DNA from: Octopus sinensis
Lineage: Eukaryota
NCBI RefSeq assembly: GCF_006345805.1
Contig: NC_043004.1
Span: 31,000,001 to 31,064,000 of the forward strand
DNA: 64,000 nucleotides
Direction of reading: 5' to 3'
Made by a program: the position numbers and the translations under genes. The notes beneath the pieces were generated by a model. It worked only from the letters and a program-made list of their open reading frames with translations. It was not told the DNA's origin and ran no database searches. Below are positions 52,785 to 64,000 of this stretch, piece by piece. How positions within the stretch are numbered: position 1 is the stretch's first letter; each line of letters starts with the position of its first letter.

Positions 52785-53260
52785 CAGCACCAACCGATCG
52801 TGGCTGTTGCCAGCCTACCCTGGCACCTGTGTCGGTGGCACCTAGAAAGCACCACCCGTATGTGGCCAATGCCAGCACCGCCTTGACTGGCTTCTGTGTC
52901 GGTGGTACATAAAAACCACCAACCGAAAGTGGCCGTTGCCAGCATCCCCTGGCAAGTAAAAAGCATCATCCGTTCGTGGTCGATGCCAGCGCCACCTTGA
53001 CTGGCTTCCGTATCGGTGGCACATAAAAACCACCACCCGATCATGGCCATTGCCAGCCTCCCCTGGCACCTGTGCCGGTGGCACGTTAAAAACACCCACT
53101 ACACTCACGGAGTGGTTGGCATTAGGAAGGGCATCCAGCTGTAGAAACACTGCCAGGTCAGACTGGAGCCTGGTGCAGCCTCCTGGCTTCCCAGACCCCA
53201 GTCGAACCGTCCAACCCATGCTAGCATGGAAAACGGACGTTAAACGATGATGATGATCGT
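52785..53260 (+). mobile_element. RTE 3' UTR with ~60-65 bp tandem units and (GAT)n tail
   Basis: About 5 units cacc..cg...gtggcc..tgccagc...tggc...ggtggcac precede the standard RTE tail. Confidence 0.8.
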
Positions 53261-53469
53261 CATCATCATCATCATTGTTGTCATCATCATCATCATTGTT
53301 GTCATCATCATCATCATTGTCGTCGTCATCATCATCATCGTCGTCATGGTGGTACTGGTGCTGGTGATGATGCTGATGATGACTCCTCTGGGCCCATATT
53401 TTCTGTTCCTGTGGAATACAGATAAGTCAGATGTAGAATAAAAGTATTTCATCTTTCAGTGGTTGCTTA

Positions 53470-54040
53470 ATTGAGGTCTAGTGGGTGTGGAGGAGAAAAG
53501 TGACTAATGAAAGAAGTGAAGAGGGAGAGAGAGAGGGAGGTAGCTAAAGGGGGTCTGTAGTAAGTAGGGATAGAATGGGTGGTGATTGAAGAAAAAGGGA
53601 AATGAATAAAGTGGAGAAAGGGAGAGCGGGTGAAAGAAGGAGAGGGGGAAAAGGGAGAGTGGAGAGATGGAGAGAGAGAAAGAGAAAGGAAGAGAGGTGA
53701 CCAAACAGGGAGGGATTTGAATAGGGAGAGAATGGGAGAGAGAGAGAGCAAGAGGAAAGGAGAGAAGTGACAAATAGGGGAGAGATTTAAAGAGAGAAAG
53801 AGACAGACAGACAGACAGACAGACCGACCGACAGACAGACAGAGACAGAGAGAGAAAGGCAGACAGACAGAGAGACAAACAGCTAGATGGACGGACAGAA
53901 AGACAGCAGTAACTACAGAAAGGGGAAAGTGAGGAGAAAGAGAGAAGTAACTAAAGAGAAAGTGAGTGGAGAGAGATAGAAAGACAAAAGTAGAGCCATG
54001 TCCCCTCCTCCCCCTCCACCCACGACTACCATTCTGCAAC
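53470..54040. repeat. Purine-rich (GA/GACA) low-complexity tract
   Basis: Directly visible. Confidence 0.9.
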
Positions 54041-54565
54041 ATGGTGCATGTATGGTTTGTACATCATCTGTCTCTATGGCTGCTCGAGTGACCTAGCTCG
54101 CTGCTTTCACTGATATTACCCTCGTTAAGTACATGCCACGCACTCATTATTGTCTTAGAGAAAGTGTTAATTACTTACACTGCTCCCCACTCATGTGCTC
54201 TCTCTTTCTCTCTATCTCTCTCTTTCACTTCTCACTCTCCTTCTCTCTCCCTATATATATATATTATGTGCGTGTGTGTGTACATTGTATGTGCATGAGT
54301 GTATGTGTGTGGATGTAATATATATGTGCATGTGTGAGTGTGTGTGTGTGTGTGTGTGTGGAGAGAAATAAAGAGAAAGGGTGATATATTTATAGACATC
54401 AAAATCACATGCATGCGTAAATACAAGCGTATCTTTTACTTGCTTGTCATTGGACTGCAGCCATGCACACAACACACACAAGCATACACATATAGATATA
54501 TATATATATAAACATATATATAAGTATATATATATGCATATATACATACATACATATGTACATGC

Positions 54566-54613
<48 letters not shown>

Positions 54614-54633
54614 GTAATAATAATAATAATAAT

Positions 54634-54664
<31 letters not shown>

Positions 54665-54666
54665 AT

Positions 54667-54740
<74 letters not shown>

Positions 54741-54744
54741 GTAA

Positions 54745-55002
54745 TGAAAATATTGTATACAGTGCTCAGGTGCACCACAACTTGTCAAAAGTGTGCATAA
54801 AGCATATGCATTAATGTACAAATATCTGGAAAGTGAACAGCGTATGAGTCAGATACATGCTTGCGTGTGTATGGAGGGGAGAAAATCAGGTGTAGTGTTG
54901 GCGAATCTCTGGAAGCATGAAAGTTTTGAAGGATGCAGTGCTCCGACAACTAACAACTGATGCCAGCAGTTTGTTCCATACTTCAGCAATGCTTCGCATG
55001 AA

Positions 55003-55005
<3 letters not shown>
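54745..55005 (-). mobile_element. CR1-type LINE 3' end between (TAA)n tracts
   Basis: Minus frame FMRSIAEVWNKLLASVVSCRSTASFKT matches the CR1 WNxLP..VV...S...FK motif. Confidence 0.8.
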
Positions 55006-55043
<38 letters not shown>

Positions 55044-55164
55044 GTGACAACAAAAGAATGAGACCTCAACAATATTAGATTAATAGAGGATTATTCATAT
55101 ATGTTATAATTTAGAACAAACAGTAAAAGGCTGCTATTATAGTACTCAGAGTGTCGAGTGTCAG

Positions 55165-55627
55165 AGCAAAGAGCTATGAAACATTCTTGTCGGCTATTAA
55201 TGGCAACAGGTGCTATGAAAAACCGTTGAATATAAAACGAAAGGTATTCTTCCATCAGCATAATGTTCAACCACATACAGTGAGGATGACATTCCAAAGG
55301 CTGGAGCAGTTTGAATGGGAAAATGATGCCCTGTCCACCATATTCACCAGACATTGCCCCATCTGATTATCATTTATTCTGCAGTCTTCAAAATCATTTG
55401 GACAGAAAAAATATGAATTCTGTAGACAAGGTCAGAATAGTACTGGAGGAGTATTTTTCATCATGGACAAGTGAATTTTGGAAGAGGGGCCTTGCAAGTC
55501 TACCAGGTAGATGGAAGAGCATTGTAGAAAATGAAGGAGAGTATATTTTAGATTAAGACAGAACTTTATCTTAAATTTGAAAAATAAAATAAAAATAAAA
55601 AACCACATTATTTATGGGATGACCCAA
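55165..55627 (+). mobile_element. Mariner 3' half
   Basis: FFHQHNVQPH; PPYSPDIAPSDYHLFCSLQNHL..RW.SIVENEGEYILD. The end TIR ttatgggatgacccaa is followed by TA. Confidence 0.85.
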
Positions 55628-55640
55628 TATAAAGTATATA

Positions 55641-56752
55641 CAGGGGTTGGACAAAATAATGGAAATGCCTTAAAATGTCAAACAAATTTATTTTAATATG
55701 GAGTAGGACCGCCTTTGGGAGTATTACAGTTTGAATTCTATGAGGTATGGACTTGTACAAAGTTTGAATTATTTCCAAAGGAATTTTTGTCCATTCTTCA
55801 GCTAATGTCCAACTTCACTAGAATGTTCCTCATGCCATTCAGTAACAACATTAGCTGTGTGAATTGGTGAATTGGTGCATTATCATCCTGAAAGATTGTG
55901 TTTCCCTTCGGAAACAGTTCTGCAATCATAGGATGAATTTGATCAGATAAAATGCTTAAATAGTCATGAATATTAATTCTGCCATGAAGGGAAACCATTG
56001 GGCTGGCAGATTTCCAAGATATAGCCCCCAGATTATCACAGATAATGTTTTACAGTTGGAAGAAGGCAATCTGGGTCAAATGCTTCTTTTGGCTGTCTCC
56101 ACACATAAACCCAGCTGGTGGTCAGAAATAAGGTAAAGGATGACTTGTTCGAGAAAATAACATTCTTCCACTGTTCTTGGGACCAACTCTGTAGGTTTTT
56201 ACTCCACTCTAAATGCTTTGTAACATTTGTTTTTGAAAGTAGTGGTTTTCTGATTGCAGCCCTCCCATGAATTCTAGCTTTGTGCAGCTCCTGGCAAACA
56301 TTTTTTGTGAAAACTGGGTTCTTGAGGTGGTCTTTAAGCTCTGCAGTAATTTTGGGAGCTGTGCTTTTGCAATCCTTTCTAACAATTCATGTAAGAGTTT
56401 GACAGTCCTTATCTGAAAGTTTTGGTTTTCTTCCAGAGTTTTGTTTCAGTGAGGTGGTTTTTCCATTTCTCAAAGGCTGTCATTACTTTTCAGACAGTAT
56501 GCTAGTGCCTGCCATACAAGCACCAACAATTTGACCCCTTTGAAAGTCCAATAGATCTGTCATTTTAATGAATCTTAATTACCTTTTTCTGATGATATCT
56601 GGAAAGAAACAGCAATTTTAGCAAAACATATTAAGCAACACTAATAATAAATCAAAAAACATAAAAATAAACAAGCTTTTGACAGTTTTATAAATATTTC
56701 AAAATTATGATGCTATGATGCTAGGTGTTTCCATTATTTTGTCCAACCCCTG
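55641..56752 (-). mobile_element. Tc1 (DD34E-type) transposon, deleted
   Basis: TIRs caggggttggacaaaataatggaaa at both ends with TA TSD. Peptide IFQDDNAPIH. Confidence 0.92.
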
Positions 56753-56799
56753 TATGTTGATGGTGAAAATTCAATATGTATATATATATCCTCGTTGCC

Positions 56800-56858
56800 A
56801 TCAGCACCAACGCCACCACCATCACCACCATTGTCATCATCACCACCACTACCAACAC

Positions 56859-56922
<64 letters not shown>

Positions 56923-56945
56923 GTCATCACCACCACCAACATCTT
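56800..56945. repeat. (CAT)n/(CAC)n microsatellite
   Basis: Directly visible. Confidence 0.95.
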
Positions 56946-57119
56946 CATCACTTTACAATCATTTTTCCAAACTGCCATGTGATATGATGTTTTTTCATGT
57001 ATTTTCCCTTTCATCTCATTCTGGTCTTTCTCTATCATTTGTTAAACACAACAACAAAAGTAACAACAGAAGAAAAAGCAGATAACTGTATTGTTGCTGC
57101 GTATGTTTTGCTTTTACAT

Positions 57120-59420
57120 GGTTTTTGCAGTTTAAAGCCCTTCGTTGATACTCTTCATATAACTTTGTAGTCTTGACCATGGATTTTTTTACTTCTGGCC
57201 AAGGCTCTCATTCTTGAGTCGGCAATTTTGCTGCCAGAGCACATCCTCTGCAGCTTTTTACCTTCGTTTTCAATTTCCTTGTCCATCTTTGGCCAATACA
57301 CATAACTGCACATAAGTGCTTTCATCCTTGCCATCGTCAGTTGTCCAATATGAAATTCTTTCAACATTCTTTTTTGTAAAGTCTCATGTATTACTATCTT
57401 TTGGCCATACATCAGTATGCTGTCGTATGTTGAATATATGTTGTAAAAATGCTTGTAACAATTTGACTTTCATTGGGGGAGGTGTATTCCATATTGCCAT
57501 CATACTTGATGGGTCTGGCCTTTGTCCCCTTTCATCAATCACTTGACCTAAATATTTGATTTTTTCATTAAAAAAATTCACACTTTTCCTCTGTTAATTT
57601 AAACTTATATTAATTTATTTTTCTGAATACTTTTTTAATATGTTCAAAGTGTTGCTCCATTGTCTCACTCTTTATCAAAATACCATCAAGATAAGCAATA
57701 GCAATGTTGCAATCATTTAACATTGCATTCATCACTTGTTGGAATATGGCAGGTGCCACTTTTACTCTAAAAGTAAGCTGCTTGAATTTATACAAAACAC
57801 TTCTGGGCTTGGTAATGGATAATTGCGTTTGCCTAAACAGTCATTTAATCCAGTTGAAAAGCCCGCACAAACTCTTAGTTTCTTTACATAAACCGTCAGA
57901 GCTGCCCAGTCTGAATGGTTGACATTTTCAATTATAGCTAGACTTTCTAGTTTTTCTAGCTCTTTATTGACATGGTCCAATGCTGCAAATGACATGCTCC
58001 ATTTGGGCCTAGAAACAGGTGTTGCTTTTCTTTTACCACGATCCTCACTTTTGTTTACATGCAACAGCCTAATCCTTCATAGAAAACATTTGGAAAGAAT
58101 TTTAAAATTTTTTGTCTCAATTGTTCGATTTCATTCACACTTTTGACCGTGCCAACTACATTTTCACAGAGAACACTAATGGGAGTATCCCACATTTTAA
58201 ATAACTTCATGCATTCTGTGCCAAATAGGTTTAGTGATTTTTGCAACACATAAACGATTGTCCTTTTCATTTCGTCTTGAAAAGTTACATTGCAAATACA
58301 TTCGCCGATGAAATATAATTTCTTTCCTGTAACACCATATGCTACTTATTTGATTTAAATAATTTTGGCTTACCAATTTGTCGCTATGTTTCTTCATTTA
58401 TGATAGTGATGTCACTACCTGTGTCTAATTGCATTGTAAACACAAGTGGTTTCAATTCTCACCTTGACAGATTTTCTGTTCATTGTACAGACTACTTTTT
58501 CTGATGACAGAAAATTTTTTATCATCTTAGTTCTGCAGTGCAATTTGATATGTCCTGTGTTTCCACCATGAAAACACTTTGCCTTTTTGAATGGACACTC
58601 TTTTTTCAGGTGCCTACCACTGCATGCCATACATGAGTTTATCTTCTGCTGTCTATTGTGTTTTTTGTGAAACACTGTCTTCCAACTCTTGCACACTGGT
58701 TTTGTCTGTAAACAATCTCTTCTGTGTTGAATTTCTTCTGTGTCATGCCTTATTTTTAATATCATGTCTCAATCTTCTGATAGTTTCTGCTGAGTTATAT
58801 CCTGGTTCATTTCCAGCTTTGTGAGAATTTTCATTCTGACTTCTGTGTCCTTTATAGCGGTAAGTCCCTGAGCAAAAATCAGGCACTTGAACAAGTCTGG
58901 AGTTAGTTTACCCCATTTAAATCTCTCACACTCTCAGTTCACTCTACCTACATATGTGGTAAAATCTTGGTCATTGTTTTTCTCCGTGTTCAATCACTTC
59001 CAACATGTGTTGAATAACAATGTTTTTTCACTGAACATGTCAATTATGTCTAGGAAATTTATGTCAGAAACATTTTTAAGCAATATAAAGTTACAGTATT
59101 TTTTGTGCTCTGTCACTGCCTGTTTCCTCAGAATTAAATGCGTTTTCATTTCGTCAGTCCAGTCTTCACATCCTCTTTTGAAAATTTGTTCAAATCTTCG
59201 GTAGTATGCCTTGAAGGTGAATCCTTCTTTCAGGTCATATTTAAATTCATTTATTGAATTTGCTATATAGTCTAGTGTATTTTCTGGTTTAGTCACCAAC
59301 TTCATTAGTTATAGCATTTGTTGCTGTAACATTTGTTGTTCTTGTCAGACTGACTGTCTGACTTTGTCATGTGGGAAGTGGGGTACCATTTTCACGACAA
59401 CAGACACCTTATCACCACTT
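57120..59420 (-). mobile_element. Ty3/Gypsy (Mag / K02A2.6-like) internal region, decayed
   Basis: Gag (F.AYYRRFEQIF), two Cys/His knuckles, RT (WAA.TV.VKK..RVC..F.TGLN; APAIFQQVM..AYLDGILI) and integrase zinc finger (H.G..RMK.L...YVYWP.MD.EI). PBS-like tggtgataagg at 59417-59407. Confidence 0.9.
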
Positions 59421-59429
59421 TATTCAGTA

Positions 59430-60900
59430 TGAGAGAAATGGATAAAAGAATTAATTCAAATAGCTGCATAAATGGGGATGAAACTCCAGGTGAAGGACTC
59501 ACACCAGACAAGTATCCTGTGGGTGAGTAGCACAGGCCCAGTCATCATTATACTGCCACCAGAAGAGGATGATTAAAGGCAATGAATGTAGCCGCCATGG
59601 GATGTTATTTTTTGAGCAGACCCACTGATGGTGAAGGAAGGCCCATGAGAGGATATAGGAAGAGAATGTATGACATCTGTATGGAGATGCAGGGCTTGTG
59701 AAGTTACAGAAGAGAGATTTTGTGACCAGGTAGTAGAATTTGATGAGATTATGAAGTGGGTGATGATTGAAAACACATTTAGTGAAAATGAAGTGATTGC
59801 AGAGAATGTTTATGAGATTGTATTGAATGAAGTTGTCCAGGAGAATGAAGCTGGTTTAAGTTTTGAGAATGTTGAGAGACTGAGTGATGAAGACAGAGGA
59901 ATGATCAAAGACATTACTGGTATCATTAAGGAAAGTCTGAATGTGAAAGTAAATGGATTTGAGAAAGTGAATAGAATTTTGCTCAAGGAGTGGACCCCAA
60001 AGGTAAATAAAATACTGAAAATATTAAGACAGATAATATGACTGGAACAGTTAGATTGATTAAAGCTTGTATCATCTATACAGGAAGGAAAGTAGGTCTG
60101 AACCAAACCATCAAAGAGGACACGTAGTGAAAGAGCCTTGGTGGAAGTGAAGGATAAAGCAATCAATGAATGAACTACAAAAACATATCAACACCCTGGA
60201 AAGAAAGTGAAATCAGGAAGGAGAAATAGCAGGATCTAGAAGACAGATTTAGGATCAAGTAAATGGGTCAAATGTAGAGCTGAAACAAAGACAACAGGAT
60301 AAAGCTACAAAAATCAAGGAGCAGTAAAGGGTTTATCAACAGCTGAACAGAACAATTAACAACAGTAAGAAACCTGATGCTGAAGAAAGTATGAGATTTT
60401 GGAATAACATCTAGGATAATGGAAGAAATTATCAGAAAGATGCTAAATGGTTGAAGTAATTAAGATCAGAGAAAATGGAGTAAAACAGAATAATATAAGG
60501 ATAACAACTGAAATGGTGACCAAGAAGAGAGCAGACAACAAAGGTTCCAAACTGGAAATGTCTAAGTTTTGATGGGGTGCAAGGGTACTTGCTAAAAAAT
60601 TTCTCAGTATTACACAAAAGAATAGCTGTGCAAATGGATTAAATGATCAACAATGTGGTGGAAATCCCAAAGTGGATGACCACAGGGATAATGGTTCTTT
60701 ACTAAAAGAACCCTGGTAAATGTAATTACTGGCCAATTTCCTGTCAACCCCTGATTTGGAAGTTGATGACAGGGGTAATATATATTTGTGTGTATTACTT
60801 CCTTGAATGAATGACAAGCTCCCAGTGAAACAGAAGGGATGCAAGAGGTAAAACCAAGGGACATTGATAATAATAAATGTGGCTAGCCATGTATAGGATT
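59430..60900 (+). mobile_element. RLE-type non-LTR retrotransposon 5'/RT N-terminal relic
   Basis: Fragments PWWK.RI, FWNNI, NWK..S.DGVQGY.LK.FS.LH.RIA, PKWMTTG..VL and PISC.PLIWKLMTG across frameshifts. Confidence 0.7.
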
Positions 60901-61559
60901 GCACACCACATACAATCAAATAGAGAATTGTGGAGAAATCTATGCCATGTATAAATGGATCAAAGAGATGCAAGTTATATGTAGCTAAAAGATCACACAT
61001 TCTTTTTAGTTTCAAGAATTTCACCACACTACTTAATTGCAGATCCAAAATTTTTAGCAAATACAAGCATATGGACAAGCTCCTTTCAAAATGGAGGACA
61101 TTACCTACTCCAGATTAATTGGCTATCTCACAGACTTTGGTCTTCTTTTTGTTATATTCTTCTACATCAACTAGATTAATTATGATTTTACAAGGAGGAC
61201 AAAGATATTGGCTCTTTTTACTATTCTTTTCTTTCTTCTCATTCTACTTTTGGCACCAATCATCTTTGCCTTTTTCTTCTTATTTTTTCCTCATGACTTC
61301 TCATAGACTATCATGCTGGTTTTTAAATACATCAAGCAATAAGCATTGAGCCTGAAAGATTGCTCGGAGACACATGGCATGTTACACACATCTGCCAATT
61401 TATTGTATCTCTAAATCATGAATCTTTTAGTAGCTCTTTTGTAAATTGTGTATTATTAAATGATACTTATCTCTCACAGGATGGAGTGCTTTTTTTGTTT
61501 ATCTTGCTACAACAGAACTGTAAACTAAATATATAGGGGGAGAATTCACAAAAAAAATA

Positions 61560-61770
61560 CAAGCGAAGAAGACACAAACATGTGCATGGGAAGAGAGTTT
61601 GACCAGGCTTGGTTGTAGTGTCCTTGTTTTCCCTCCTTTTTCTCTTGTCTGCAAGGATGGTCCTGCAAGTGTCTTCAAAGGTGGTCATTGTCTAGTGGAC
61701 AGTGAGATATCAGGCTTTATAGTCAGTAGCAAGAATGGACCACTGTTGGTGAAATCAATATGGCACTTAT
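61560..61770 (-). mobile_element. RTE/BovB-like LINE C-terminal fragment
   Basis: CHID..QWS.LA.D (frameshifted) ..TFEDTCRTILADKRKRRENKD..FPC. Confidence 0.6.
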
Positions 61771-61838
61771 ATGTGTATGTGTGTGTTGTGTGTGTTGTGT
61801 GTGTGTGTGTGTTGTGTGTGTGTGTGTGTGTGTGTGTG

Positions 61839-61894
<56 letters not shown>

Positions 61895-61918
61895 ATATAT
61901 ATATATATATATATATAT

Positions 61919-62140
61919 AGTTAATCCAAACATGAAAACAAAGAGAAAACACAACTCGAGGACGTGGAACAAGTATAGTATTATTGGACACTCAGAAAAG
62001 AAGGAAAGAAGGAAAGAAGGAAGGTTTAACGTTTCGAGCAGAGCTCTTCGTCAGAAACATGGGAAAAGGAACGATCCAAAGAAAGGAAGACGGAGGGAAA
62101 AAAATCGCCAACGGTATACACACGGTCACATTTTGAAAGT
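61919..62140 (-). mobile_element. Penelope-type terminal repeat with hammerhead motif
   Basis: Minus strand GUUU CUGACGA A GAGC UCU GCUC GAAAC GUU AAAC at 62058-62024. Flanked by (TA)n. Confidence 0.7.
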
Positions 62141-62143
62141 ATG

Positions 62144-62195
<52 letters not shown>

Positions 62196-62223
62196 TGCAC
62201 ATATATATATATATATATACACA

Positions 62224-62771
62224 CAGGGCACGATGGGTAAATTATCGCCATCTTATATTTTTAATTTTGCACATGAACATTGTTTGTTTTGGATTTTGTC
62301 AACTATACAGTATAGTAGGGTCAGTTGGGCACCGTCTGTGAGAAAAACAGCACCATGATACAATTCACTCTGCCAGAAATTTGGAAATGACATGCTGTAC
62401 CGCTTGGCATTCACACCAGAAGCTCCAATATCAACATTTCAGAATGTCAATCTAAGGTCAGTGCATGTACCAAGAGTGATAAAACTCAAACACCTGGTCA
62501 ACATCATGGTATTTGGAGTGATCACTACTGATGGTGACGTTATGCCTCCATTCATCTTCCCACACAGCCTCAGACTCAACACAGCGGCCTACATCAAGTG
62601 CCTGGAGGAGGTAGTGCTGCCCTGGGTCAATGGCAATTTTACTGAATAAATTTACTCTTTAGTTTTCATGATATTTTTATGTAATTTTGGTAATTATATC
62701 TGTTAAGATGAGATGTCAGTGTTATTTTCATTTTTGTGTAATTTAGACGACTGTTTGTTCACCACATTCTG
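62224..62771 (+). mobile_element. Doubly deleted maT/DD37D-like transposon
   Basis: IKLKHLVNIMVFGVITTDGDVMPPFIFPH. Both termini match the copy at 11397. Confidence 0.9.
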
Positions 62772-62970
62772 TATGTATATATATATATATGTATATATAT
62801 GTATATATATGTATATATATATATATATCATCATCATCATCATCATCGTTTAGCATCCGTTTTCCATGCTAGCATGGGTTATATGACACTATCATACATT
62901 AAATTCAAATTATGATGAAAGTAAACAAACAAAGTTTGTTTTAGAAGCGTTGAGATGTCTAGAAAGTTAA

Positions 62971-63157
62971 GGAAGTAATTTTTTATTCTCAAATGCAGGA
63001 TAATGCTAATAATATAGCATGAACAGGATAAACTACCCATATTTTGCAGAAAAATGTGTCGGCTGCCAACACATTTTTCTGCAAAATATGGGTAGTTTAT
63101 CCTGTTCATGCTATATTATTAGCATTATTCTGCATTTGAGAATAAAAAATTACTTCC
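62971..63157. mobile_element. 187-bp palindromic element flanked by TTAA (Kolobok-like MITE)
   Basis: TTAA|GGAAG...CTTCC|TTAA with 89-bp arms and one mismatch. The ORF tracks on both strands start with the same peptide, MNRINYPYFAEKCVG. Confidence 0.75.
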
Positions 63158-63233
63158 TTAATATATATATATGTGTGTGTATGTATGTATGTATGCATGT
63201 ATGTAAATATATATGTGTGTGTGTGTGTGTGTG

Positions 63234-63274
<41 letters not shown>

Positions 63275-64000
63275 TGTGTGTACAATTATGTATGCAGGCA
63301 AAGGGAAAAAATAAAAGTGTAGAAATAACAGGTGGATGACTTAATTGAATAAATTGAAACAGGTTTGCAGACAGGTGTGTGAAGATTTATACAAAACTGC
63401 ATGATATTAAAATGATATTATTACACAAAATTATATTGCAATGCTTGATAATTAATAAAAAAAAACAAAGTTCATGAACACAAAGACATTGAAATGACAA
63501 ATTACAACTACTACTATTTATATTTCTCTTTCATCTTTACTATTTAATTCTTTCTTATATGTTAATATCTTACAATGGTTAAGCAGTTTGCACTGGATAT
63601 ATGTCATTTCAGGCAGAGACTGAACTTAAATATAAAATATATTATTTTTACTATGTTTCTGTTCACCCACAAACCCAATGGTTTACTTTAAGGACATTTT
63701 CCAATATCCATTACTCTCATGATAATCCAGAAAAAAAATACATAAATAAATATATTGGCTTTTCTTTGATGATGATCACTCATCTAGAATAAATCTGTTA
63801 ATGTCATCAAATTATATCACAGAAGTAATCAGAAGATCAAGTCCTTGATGACAATTTAATGCTTCAACTGTCTAGTTAATAACATCAAGCCATGGAAAAC
63901 ATGAAGGAAATTGCATATTTGCTAGGGTTTCTTTCTTTTCTTAGATTTTTTTATCCTTGAAGTAATTACTTCGTTTGTAAATGAATATTTGAAAAAAATA

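Overview
AT-rich, microsatellite-dense eukaryotic DNA made almost entirely of transposon relics. The repeat complement (tRNA-derived SINEs, RTE LINEs with (GAT)n tails, several mariners, (TA)n/(TATG)n arrays) resembles an octopus genome; this assignment is from recall, not a search. No intact or nameable protein-coding gene was found. Decayed elements include maT/Tc1/mariner and hAT DNA transposons, Penelope-like, RTE, CR1, L1/Tx1 and RLE-type non-LTR elements, a Mag-type Gypsy, a probable Helitron and many SINEs. A few short minus-strand segments with good splice signals may be exons of a long host gene. The two most notable signals are: (1) hammerhead-ribozyme motifs in Penelope-type terminal repeats, including a fully canonical minimal type I hammerhead at 20304-20348 (-) inside a ~320-355 bp partial tandem (retrozyme-like) and a variant with a G3:C8 core; (2) several long, near-perfect palindromes or inverted repeats (29110-29502, 62971-63157, 41523-41648, 33535-33845, 2398-3725). 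Coordinates of decayed repeats are approximate.
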